From the NCBI GenBank assembly GCA_965205485.1, contig OZ242180.1, positions 768,001 to 832,000 on the forward strand: 64,000 nt of DNA, in the 5' to 3' direction. Of this stretch, positions 30,645-39,111 are shown piece by piece. Under the pieces are notes generated by a model that worked only from the letters and a program-made list of their open reading frames with translations, did not search any database and had not been told where the DNA came from. The position numbers and the translations under genes were made by a program. Source of the stretch: Candidatus Latescibacterota bacterium (GTDB lineage: Bacteria > Latescibacterota > UBA2968 > GCA-2709665). Numbering within the stretch: the stretch's first letter is position 1; every line of letters begins with the position of its first letter.

Positions 30645-31181
30645 CTAATCGGCACCGTCGATAATATCGATGTTCACTACAACGCTCTGACGCCCGCCCT
30701 TTCCGTCGATGGCGCGCACGATGACCGCGAATCCCTTCTTTTTCACAGAGTCGTACGGCCCCTTCGACAGGATCTGGGCCGTGCCCACGTCGATGGCGAA
30801 GTGTTCCGCATCGGCGCCCCACAGGCTGTAAGCCAGCGCATCGCCGTCCTCGTCGGTTGCCGGGACGGGGTCACCTATCGGCTCACCGGCCGCCGTGTTT
30901 ACGGGCACCGACCGCTTCACCGGCGACGCCACGGCGAACACCGGCACGCGGTTGACCGTATCGCCGAAGCTTCCGGCAAACGCCACGAAATCGTCAAATC
31001 CGATACCGCCGTCGCTGTCAAGGTCGAACCTTGCGTCATACGCATCATCGCCCTCTACGGATCCGAACGCGCCCGCGAACATCACGAAATCGGCGAACCC
31101 CACCTGCCCATTCCCGTCGAAATCCGCGGAAGGCGGCGCGGCTGCCTGCAGCACGATGCTCGCCTCGGACGAGGTCCGCAC
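30645..31181 (-). CDS. C-terminal fragment of a large surface protein: twin EF-hand/dockerin-like module and cadherin-like repeat
   Basis: DFDGNGQVGFADF, FDLDSDGGIGFDDF, then NR.P.F...ATDEDGD.L.Y.L; out of frame with the upstream fragment near 31165. Confidence 0.72.
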   Translation of the reverse strand: MRTSSEASIVLQAAAPPSADFDGNGQVGFADFVMFAGAFGSVEGDDAYDARFDLDSDGGIGFDDFVAFAGSFGDTVNRVPVFAVASPVKRSVPVNTAAGEPIGDPVPATDEDGDALAYSLWGADAEHFAIDVGTAQILSKGPYDSVKKKGFAVIVRAIDGKGGRQSVVVNIDIIDGAD

Positions 31182-32508
31182 CGGCCAACCTGATCTCCGT
31201 TTCCGTCAGCGCGTCCGTCGTCCAGAGCCGCAACGTCCCCACCAATCCGCTGTCGACCAGGGCCATCCCGGCCAGCGAAGCCACGCTGATTTTCACGAAA
31301 TTCGAATCCTTCTCCACCAGCGCCGTCGCGTCCGGCAACGCACCGCCCGCGTCGAACCCCCCGAACACAACCTGCGTCGTGTCATAGCCCACGTGGAAGT
31401 CCAGACCTCGCGTTCCCCGGATACCCGCGCCGAATACCTGAACATGCGCCGCGCCGCCGGGGGAGACACTCAGCATCGACACGTATTGGTCCTTCTCTGA
31501 TGAGTCCGGGTCCAGTGAAAGAGAGAACAGGTCATAATGGACAAAGACCTCCGTCCGTACCGTCTCCAGCGCCGTCCATTCGCCGTCGCCAGCCTTGCTT
31601 TTCGACCGCACCTGTACCTCGTAGCCCGTGTCCGCTTCCCGTCCGTTGATGATCGCGCCGGTCTCGGTCATGCCCTGAGGCCCATCCCTCCATTCCCCCT
31701 CGCCGCCTTCCCGGTAGCGCAGGTCGTAGCCCGTGATGGGTTCCCCGCCATCGGTGGAGGGCGCGGTCCAACTGATTGTCACGCTGCCCGGCGACGTCTC
31801 CGTCACTGCGGGCCCTGCCGGCGGGGGCGGAGGCGCAAGCGTCCGCACCGGCTCCAGTGACGTCCACGCGCTGTGACGTGAGTTGCCGCTGGACCTGACC
31901 TGCACCTCGTATGCCGAGTCCGGCTCAAGACCCTCTATCGTGGTGCTGGTACTCCTCACGTCCTGCGGGCCGTCGGTCCATTCCTCATCGCTGACTCTAC
32001 GGTACCGCACGTCGTAGTTCCTGATCAGAGGACCGTCACCGGTCGGCGCCTTCCAGAGCAAAGACACGTTCGTCGTCGTCACGCCCGTCACCGTGGGCGA
32101 CACCGGAGGAAGTGGGGGAGGAGGCGGCGGCGGTGGCGGGGGAGGTGGTGGCGGCGGTGAAGCTGAGGTCGACGCGCCCTCGAAGACCCAGGGCCGTGCC
32201 TGCTTGATCGCCAGGATGTTCTCGCTCGTGATCTTGAACTCGATCTCCATCGCGAAAGGATCGCCGGATGCGGGATTGTACAAGGTCTTGAAGTGGTCGT
32301 GGATTACCGTGAGATGCCGGCTCAACTGGTACCTCTGGTCGTCGCTCATAAGGAGTTGGCCAGGTTCCGCCAGACTTGATGTCGCCAAAACTCTGGTCCC
32401 TCCGGACCGGTCCAGTATGACTTCCTCCGGTACCGAGTGCGCATCGGGATTGGTGACCAGGTCTTCGCCGAGCTGCGTATTGATATAGTATCGACCGTCA
32501 ATTGCCAT
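31045..32508 (-). CDS. Middle fragment of the same protein: end of ATP-grasp domain, poly-Pro linker, two FN3 repeats, cohesin-like domain
   Basis: IEFK......IKQARPW, run of about 15 Pro, W.AP..DG..I..YD.RYR and YEVQVR twice; the last ~35 codons are frameshifted. Confidence 0.78.
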   Translation of the reverse strand: MAIDGRYYINTQLGEDLVTNPDAHSVPEEVILDRSGGTRVLATSSLAEPGQLLMSDDQRYQLSRHLTVIHDHFKTLYNPASGDPFAMEIEFKITSENILAIKQARPWVFEGASTSASPPPPPPPPPPPPPPPLPPVSPTVTGVTTTNVSLLWKAPTGDGPLIRNYDVRYRRVSDEEWTDGPQDVRSTSTTIEGLEPDSAYEVQVRSSGNSRHSAWTSLEPVRTLAPPPPPAGPAVTETSPGSVTISWTAPSTDGGEPITGYDLRYREGGEGEWRDGPQGMTETGAIINGREADTGYEVQVRSKSKAGDGEWTALETVRTEVFVHYDLFSLSLDPDSSEKDQYVSMLSVSPGGAAHVQVFGAGIRGTRGLDFHVGYDTTQVVFGGFDAGGALPDATALVEKDSNFVKISVASLAGMALVDSGLVGTLRLWTTDALTETEIRLAGADLVRGEHRAAGSRAAFRGFRREWAGGVRRFRDVRGRVRIRRGR

Positions 32509-34699
32509 CTATGAGGTTGAAGCTGACCGCCACGCCGTTGGCCCGTTCGTCCTTGTAATTGGGATGTACAAGCACCCCCATTGCCGCCTCGAGGTGATCG
32601 ATGCGATGAAAGTCCCGTTCAACGAAGGCGCGGAAGTTCCACATACCCGCAAACACCTGCTTGAGTGACTTGGCGATGCCGTCCTCCTCGGTCTCGTGCA
32701 CGTACTGCGTCTTCGATTCATAGAGACCCGCGCCGTTGAAGCCCGAGAGGTCTTCGTTGTTCGTGCTGGACCGGTAGCGCAACGACTGCCCTTCGGGATA
32801 CGTGGCGTGCATCACCGCCAGCGAATCGATCATCCACTGCGGCGCGGCCGCGTTCCTGATCGCTTTGCGCATAGCATTGAGCGAATCCGACTGAACATCG
32901 AAATCCGATTGAAAATCAGCACCGGCCAACATCGTCCGGATGCGATCGTAGAATCCATGCGCCTTCATGAACTCGTCATAGAAATAGAACGGAATCGCGA
33001 ACCCATCGGGGACCGTTCCCGTCGGAAACCCCAGGGTTCCGAGCACGGCGACATTGGCCGCCTTGACGCCGAACGCCTTCCAGTCACTGAAGCCTATGTC
33101 ACTCAGAGGCGCGATCTTCCGGACCGACAGGTCCCGCTGCGGCGTTTGTGCGCGGGCCGGCCTGGAATCCGCGTAGTGTTCGTCAGCTTCCGTGCGGGTG
33201 GCAGACCGCAGGCTCCATCCGTCTTCGTTCACCTCGAAGCGAACGTAGCCGCCCAGGTGGGCATTGATTTCGGTCTTGTCGAGCGCATCGCGGATGAAAG
33301 CGTTGGGAATGCCGTCCTGCACGGCGCGCAGGTTGACGTGGGAGAGTGGCGTCTGGGGTACGGTGGAGATGATGCCGGCGACGCGTGGCAACTCGTTCGG
33401 CAACGCCTCGTAGAGCACAATGTCGCGCGGGTGGGGCCGTTCGTCCGGCCGGATGACCCGCAATAGGCCGAACCCCTCTCCAGGATTCAGTGCAAGAAAA
33501 CCGGTCTCGGTGTAGATATCATCGTCGAACACGAGATTGATGCGGGAACCCCGGTACAACGGCAGGGCGGATTGGGAAAACGTCAGCGCATAATTCGGCA
33601 GATGCAAGGCCAGGTTGTCATTCAGCAGCGGCATGTTGGCCGAAAGCACCGTATAGGAACGCGCTCCAATGTCGAACTGATGATAAGAGCTTTTCTGATA
33701 CAACCTGTACCGGTAGACGCCACGGTTGCCATCCGGGGCAACGAGGTCCGGGTCATAGGCGATCTCACCCGAGAACATGCCGTCCTGGCCCAACTGGAGT
33801 CCGACGGCATCCAGGAAGCGCGCATGCGCGGAAAACGTGTTGGTGTTGATGAAATAGACAGCAGGACGGGTGGTGTTGAGGTCTGGGATAACAAACTTGA
33901 GGTACCACGTGAGACGTTCACGGAAGGCGAGCCTCTCGAATGTGTTCCGATCCGAAATGACTACAGCGCCATCGTCAATCGGTATGCCCGCGGCGGCGTT
34001 AAGGGGATTGAGACTGTCCGGCGCCGCCAATTCGGTGATGTCGTCAATGCAATCGCCGTCCACGTCGGCCGGGTCCGCTACGAGATATTTCTCTACCCGG
34101 TAACGCTCCATTGGCTGGGCTTGCACATTTTCCTTCAGCGTGGTCGTGCCCGCTTCCCCCAGTTTCACCAGAACCGGCAGCTCCACATCCGTGCCATCAA
34201 CGTCGTGCTTCACATACAGCACGAAATAGTCCGCGGCCGTTGACGTGACCTCGATGGGCACCGACGTCACCGCCACTTCCACCGAGTCCGGGCTGTACGC
34301 GCCGTCGCACGGGTCACTGCCCTGGGCGAAAGCGGAGGTGACCAGGGAGACCGAAGCAAAGAGCAACGGAACCACGCCTCGCACGACGCGACGTACAATC
34401 CGGATGAAAGGGGCAACGTGACGGATTTCGAACACGGCGATTGGAGGGAAACACGGCTTCATCTCGGTACTCTCGTTCTCCGGAATGGATCGAACGTCAA
34501 TCGGCAAGGCGAACAAGCGGTGTTCTCCTGGTGGCACCGTGAAACGCTGTGTACCGGACGCGTACCACACCGTCGGTCCCGCGTATTCAATGGCGGGCGC
34601 GGACGATGCGGCGACCGTACCCGGCAGGCACAGCAGCACCAGGCAGCACGTCGCCAGCCAATACGAGGCGGGTGACCGAGGTACATAGCGTCTCTTCAT
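32498..34699 (-). CDS. Secreted PEP/pyruvate-binding (dikinase-like) protein, N-terminal fragment: His-swivel and ATP-grasp domains
   Basis: AGIIS...TPLSHVNLRA...GIPN, FGVKAAN, VPDGFAIP, RSSTNNEDL.GFNGAGLYES, MGVLV; signal peptides at aa 1-31 and about aa 80-125 (alternative ATG 34462). Confidence 0.82.
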   Translation of the reverse strand: MKRRYVPRSPASYWLATCCLVLLCLPGTVAASSAPAIEYAGPTVWYASGTQRFTVPPGEHRLFALPIDVRSIPENESTEMKPCFPPIAVFEIRHVAPFIRIVRRVVRGVVPLLFASVSLVTSAFAQGSDPCDGAYSPDSVEVAVTSVPIEVTSTAADYFVLYVKHDVDGTDVELPVLVKLGEAGTTTLKENVQAQPMERYRVEKYLVADPADVDGDCIDDITELAAPDSLNPLNAAAGIPIDDGAVVISDRNTFERLAFRERLTWYLKFVIPDLNTTRPAVYFINTNTFSAHARFLDAVGLQLGQDGMFSGEIAYDPDLVAPDGNRGVYRYRLYQKSSYHQFDIGARSYTVLSANMPLLNDNLALHLPNYALTFSQSALPLYRGSRINLVFDDDIYTETGFLALNPGEGFGLLRVIRPDERPHPRDIVLYEALPNELPRVAGIISTVPQTPLSHVNLRAVQDGIPNAFIRDALDKTEINAHLGGYVRFEVNEDGWSLRSATRTEADEHYADSRPARAQTPQRDLSVRKIAPLSDIGFSDWKAFGVKAANVAVLGTLGFPTGTVPDGFAIPFYFYDEFMKAHGFYDRIRTMLAGADFQSDFDVQSDSLNAMRKAIRNAAAPQWMIDSLAVMHATYPEGQSLRYRSSTNNEDLSGFNGAGLYESKTQYVHETEEDGIAKSLKQVFAGMWNFRAFVERDFHRIDHLEAAMGVLVHPNYKDERANGVAVSFNLIDGN

Positions 34700-34889
34700 G
34701 ACGTTATTACTCCTTTCGCGTCAATCACCCGTCGTTCCGGTATTTCCCTTGCCGCCACCAACACGCGCTGCGGACCGAGACCCCTCCCCCGGCCCCTCCC
34801 CGGCGCGGACAGGGGTGCAGTGCCTGACGTGCTGCCTCTCAGGTATCGACATGCGCAAGTCGCGCAGGGGTGATCCCATGCCGCAGTAG

Positions 34890-34945
34890 ATCCTTCGTCA
34901 GCCGGCCTGCCAATGATTCGCCTGGCAGGCCGGCTGACGAAGGAT
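34890..34945. repeat. Perfect 23-bp-stem hairpin (AGATCCTTCG...AGGATGAC REP-like ends)
   Basis: ATCCTTCGTCAGCCGGCCTGCCA-N10-TGGCAGGCCGGCTGACGAAGGAT. Confidence 0.85.
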
Positions 34946-35491
34946 GACAGGTTGTGCCAGCGGGTGATGGACTGGTTTCTCCTATGGCTATCGCAAAGCA
35001 TGTCAATGTGAGCGACGTCGAAACGCCCTTATCAATACGTGGTCATTGCCTGTGCTGAGCTTGTCGAAGCAAGCTTGTCGAAATGCCCGTATTTCGGGAT
35101 CCCGTCGACACCTCTCCCAAGCCTCGCGTCTTCCTCAGAGGGATAGCGAACCGGGCAGACAGGAATGTCCGCCCCACCCTCACATGCGCGTCCTGACAGT
35201 GCAGGCGCCCACAAGGGACGGGCCTACCCCCCATCAGCGTGCACACCGTCGCCGGCATTGGCCCTGGCGTGCCGGTTGAAGTCGCCCGGCGAGAGCCCAC
35301 GGCGGGAAGCGGAGAGCGATCCGGACCTGGTCGCCCCCGGCAACATAGAGATTCCGGGTGAGGGAGAACCCCCGGGGTGCGCAAAGGGCGACCAGGTTGC
35401 GAATTCTGATTTCCAGTAGAGCGGCATTCCCTGTCAAGACCGGCATCCGGTTCAGCGCATAGTTGTGCATCTCGCGTGGCCCTATATAAGG

Positions 35492-35506
35492 GCAATTCCT
35501 GTGCCA
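35492..35506 (-). promoter_or_regulatory. sigma54 -24/-12 promoter
   Basis: The minus strand reads TGGCACAGGAATTGC, a near-perfect consensus. Confidence 0.85.
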
Positions 35507-35594
35507 TGCGTATCGCGGGGAATAGGAATGATTGTAAGATACTGTTTTTATTCAGGATATAATCGCATCAAGGCACAACAACCGAAAAACAAAA

Positions 35595-35718
35595 AGCCAG
35601 GCTGACCGCAAAAGGTCGATATATCGACCATTCACAATCAGCCTGGCTCGTTTATTGCCTTAAAAACAGTAAGTTATGCGTAAAGGGCGATATATCGCCC
35701 TTTACGATATCTCGACCC
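35595..35718. promoter_or_regulatory. Upstream activator palindromes sharing a CGATATATCG core
   Basis: GGTCGATATATCGACC (35614-35629, nested in AGCCAGGCTGA..TCAGCCTGGCT); perfect 28-bp CGTAAAGGGCGATATATCGCCCTTTACG (35679-35706); degenerate third site CGATATCTCG. Confidence 0.75.
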
Positions 35719-35794
35719 TTGCTGTTGAACGGCGGACGCCGTCATTCAAGGCGGCGATACGGGCCTCGGTGTACGTTCAACCGTCAACGCTCTT

Positions 35795-38700
35795 TCAACT
35801 GAAGGACTGACGCGCTCGATTGATGATGCCCAGTTTCTTCATGCGGCTATACAGCGTGGAAGACGGCAGTCCCAGCCGCGCAGCCGCACCGTCTTCCCCC
35901 TTTATCTTCCAGTTGGTCCCCTGTAGCACCGCAAGAATGTAGTGGCGTTCAAGCGCATCCAAAGGCACGAGTTCCAGGTCCGGGAAAGTGGGCCGGGCGC
36001 CTGGCGGGGGGAGATCCGAACGCTCAATCTGAGGATCAATCTTGCGAAGTCCAAGGTCCTCCTCTCCGATCCGAGGACCCTGGCACGCAATGACGGCACG
36101 CTGCATGGTGTGCTCCAGTTCACGTACATTCCCCGGCCAATGGTAGGCCTGCAGCGCCTCCAAAGCCTCCGTCGTCAAGGCGCCGATCCGCCTGTCCAGA
36201 TGCGCCGCCATCCGATCCTTGAAATAGTTGGCGAGGAGGTCTATATCCTCCCGGCGCTCACGCAGTGGGGGCAATAAGAGAGGAAACGCCTGAAAGCGGT
36301 AATAAAGGTCCTCGCGGAAATCGCCAGCGCTGACCAACAGCTCCAGATTGCGATTGGTCGCCGCCAAAACGCGCGTCTGCAAAGTCAGCGTCCGGCTTCC
36401 CCCTACGCGCTCGAACGTCCTTTCTTCGAGGATTCGCAGCAGCCTGGCCTGCGTTTCCAGAGACATATCGCCGATTTCATCCAGAAAGAGGGTGCCGCCC
36501 GTGGCGAGTTCCACTTTGCCCAGCCGGCGGGAAACGGCGCCGGTAAAAGCGCCTCTCTCATGACCGAAGAGCTCGCTGTCGATCAGCCCTTCCGGCAAAG
36601 CGCCGCAATTGACCTGTATAAAGGGTCCGTCGCAATTGCCGCTGAGCGCATGCAGCACGCGCGCAGCCAGCCCTTTGCCCACACCCGTTTCACCCATGAT
36701 CAGAACGGTGGAATCCGTGCTCGCCACCCGTCTGAGCTTGATTTGGAATTCCTGCATGGCCGGACTCTGACCGATGAATTTCCGGTTTTCCTGACTGTTG
36801 AGCTCGATGGTCAGAGCCTCAATCCGGGGATCGGGCTGTACCGAAAGTGGCAATTGCGCGATCTGGGAGTAATTGAGGTCACGATCCACGGACCTCGCCT
36901 CGAAGGTGTAGTCTCCCGGCGGCAAGTCCTGATAATAGGCCCGCCTGTCCCTGGTCGCGGGCTGCCAGTCCGTATCGTGCCCCTTCAACCGGTAGATGTA
37001 AAGCATGTCTGAGGACGGGGTGGAAAAACTCTGACCTTTGTACTCGAAGACCACCTGCCGGTCGGGTGTCGCGTGGATGACCTCCTCCGGGTCCTCATAG
37101 ATCCGATCGGCAATCACCTGAAGCAAGCGAATCCCCGGAGGGGTGTGCCGCGGGCGGTAACGTACGATCGTACCCGTGCTTGTGCCAAACCAGAAGGTCC
37201 CGTCGTCGCTTTCGAGTATCCGGGACGTCGGTCCTATATGCGGCGACCTTATGGCCTGGAACAACCGGCCATCGTACCGGACCACGCCGCCGTCCGTACC
37301 CATCCAGATATGCCCTCGGCTGTCCTCGAGCAGGCAGTGGACACAGTTGTTCACCAGGCCGTCGTCAACCGTGAACATACGGATGGCGCCGCCATCGAAG
37401 CGCGCGAGACCGCCATTGGTGGCGATCCAGAGGATTCCGTGGCGGTCGATCAGCAAGTCATTGACCGTCGGATCCATCAGACCGTCTTCCTGTCCAAAAA
37501 ACCTGGTGCCATCTTCGGGATGCCAGCGCGCGAAGCCGCCGCCGCTGGAATTGCGGCTTTTCAAATGGAAATAGACCTCGCCGTCAGTCCCGGCAATGAC
37601 GGAACCAATGCGGCATAAGGAATCCTTTTCCTCATCCTTCACGAAAACGGTCCGCAACTGTCCGTTCCGAACGTAGGCGATCTTCAGTTGGCAGACGTTG
37701 CTGTCTTCTGTTTCGTAGCTGGGTCCGCGTTCCCAGTAGCCGAACAGAAATCGCCCTTCGTGGTCCTGAGCAATCGCGCAGATGCTCTTTTTCTCCATTC
37801 CCACTATCGGACTGCTCTTTATCAGTTCCCGTCCGTCGTAGCGGAACAGGCCATCGAGCCCGCCGAACCACAGGTTTCCCTCGAGGTCCTCGCAGACGGC
37901 CAGACAGTTATTGATGTCATGGCCGCACGCGGCTTCGACGAAATCAAAGTCCTCGCCATCGAAGCGGGCAATGCTCTTTCCCGGCGCCTGGTAGAAGACG
38001 GGAGACGCATACGTGACCCATATGTCATCTTCCCTGTCCCGAACGAGTTGCGAGATCACGTTCGGATTTGTCGGGCATTTCGCAGTGAGGTCGAAAACGC
38101 TGATACTGTGTGGGTCGTAAAGCCCGACGCCGCCCCGGGTGGCGAACCAGAACCGATGCTCCCCATCTTGAAACACGGCTCGGACTTCCGGACTCGGGAG
38201 GCCGTCGGCAGGAGTGAATCTGCGAAACGTGTCGTCATCCTGGTAGAGTACCCCTCGCTTGGTGCAGAACCACCCCCTACCATCCCGGTCGCATTGAATT
38301 CTCGCGAGGCCGCCTCCCACGTCCACCTGAACAGACTCAAAAGCGGGATCGTCATAGCAATAGAGCGCGTCTTGACTTCGGGGAAGGCCAATCCACACCT
38401 TGCCGGCGTGGCCCCGGCCGACGACGTAGCCGATTTGTGCCTGGGGGAATCCCTCTTCCTCCTCATAGCGGCGGAAGGACTCGCCATCGAAGCGTACGGG
38501 ATGGTCGAATCCGAACCACAGATGGCCTTGGCGATCCTGGGTAATACCTCGACATTCGTTGGACCACCGGGGAGACGGCGGTTGCTTGTAGCGTTGGCGA
38601 TACAGCGCAATCAGATCGTGGAACTCAGAGCCACTGTAATACCCCACGGTGCCGATACCACCGCACCATATTCGGCCACGATCGTCTTCGTAAAGGGACT

Positions 38701-39022
38701 GCACGGACCGGCCGGAAATGCCGTTGTCTTCCAAATGGTGAAAAGAGGTCCCATCGTACCAGCAGACACCATTCATTGTAGCGAACCACAACCGGTCCTG
38801 GCAGTCTTTGAGTACGGAATAGACCCAGTTACTACACACACCGTCCTGCGTCGTTAACGGCAGGAACTCCTCTCCGTCATAACGGACGACGCCATTGTCG
38901 CGCATGGCAAACCAGAGATGGCCCGCGCTGTCGTCGGCCACGTCATGGACGCGCATGCCGGGCAGACCGTTGTCAACGGTATAGGTCCGCCAGGTGCCGG
39001 TGCGGTCAAGGGGCTTGATCAT
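35795..39022 (-). CDS. sigma54 enhancer-binding protein with N-terminal two-component-regulator beta-propeller repeats and Y_Y_Y domain
   Basis: Repeated D..G.LWF.T..G...YDG, YIYRL.G...W and Y..LPPG.YTF, GETGVGKG, GAFTGA, WPGNVRELE, Fis HTH; no signal peptide or TM helix seen. Confidence 0.9.
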   Translation of the reverse strand: MIKPLDRTGTWRTYTVDNGLPGMRVHDVADDSAGHLWFAMRDNGVVRYDGEEFLPLTTQDGVCSNWVYSVLKDCQDRLWFATMNGVCWYDGTSFHHLEDNGISGRSVQSLYEDDRGRIWCGGIGTVGYYSGSEFHDLIALYRQRYKQPPSPRWSNECRGITQDRQGHLWFGFDHPVRFDGESFRRYEEEEGFPQAQIGYVVGRGHAGKVWIGLPRSQDALYCYDDPAFESVQVDVGGGLARIQCDRDGRGWFCTKRGVLYQDDDTFRRFTPADGLPSPEVRAVFQDGEHRFWFATRGGVGLYDPHSISVFDLTAKCPTNPNVISQLVRDREDDIWVTYASPVFYQAPGKSIARFDGEDFDFVEAACGHDINNCLAVCEDLEGNLWFGGLDGLFRYDGRELIKSSPIVGMEKKSICAIAQDHEGRFLFGYWERGPSYETEDSNVCQLKIAYVRNGQLRTVFVKDEEKDSLCRIGSVIAGTDGEVYFHLKSRNSSGGGFARWHPEDGTRFFGQEDGLMDPTVNDLLIDRHGILWIATNGGLARFDGGAIRMFTVDDGLVNNCVHCLLEDSRGHIWMGTDGGVVRYDGRLFQAIRSPHIGPTSRILESDDGTFWFGTSTGTIVRYRPRHTPPGIRLLQVIADRIYEDPEEVIHATPDRQVVFEYKGQSFSTPSSDMLYIYRLKGHDTDWQPATRDRRAYYQDLPPGDYTFEARSVDRDLNYSQIAQLPLSVQPDPRIEALTIELNSQENRKFIGQSPAMQEFQIKLRRVASTDSTVLIMGETGVGKGLAARVLHALSGNCDGPFIQVNCGALPEGLIDSELFGHERGAFTGAVSRRLGKVELATGGTLFLDEIGDMSLETQARLLRILEERTFERVGGSRTLTLQTRVLAATNRNLELLVSAGDFREDLYYRFQAFPLLLPPLRERREDIDLLANYFKDRMAAHLDRRIGALTTEALEALQAYHWPGNVRELEHTMQRAVIACQGPRIGEEDLGLRKIDPQIERSDLPPPGARPTFPDLELVPLDALERHYILAVLQGTNWKIKGEDGAAARLGLPSSTLYSRMKKLGIINRARQSFS

Positions 39023-39111
39023 GGTAAAGGAGCCTTGCAATCGAGTGAAATCCTGCTGTTGTCACACAGCCAAGATACAAACAGTAAAACGGCGCGGGCA
39101 ACCTGAAACGA

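Noticed and set aside
32093..32160. G/C-rich tract as a phase-variable repeat
   Set aside because: Mixed CCN codons encode a poly-Pro linker, and neither frameshift maps here
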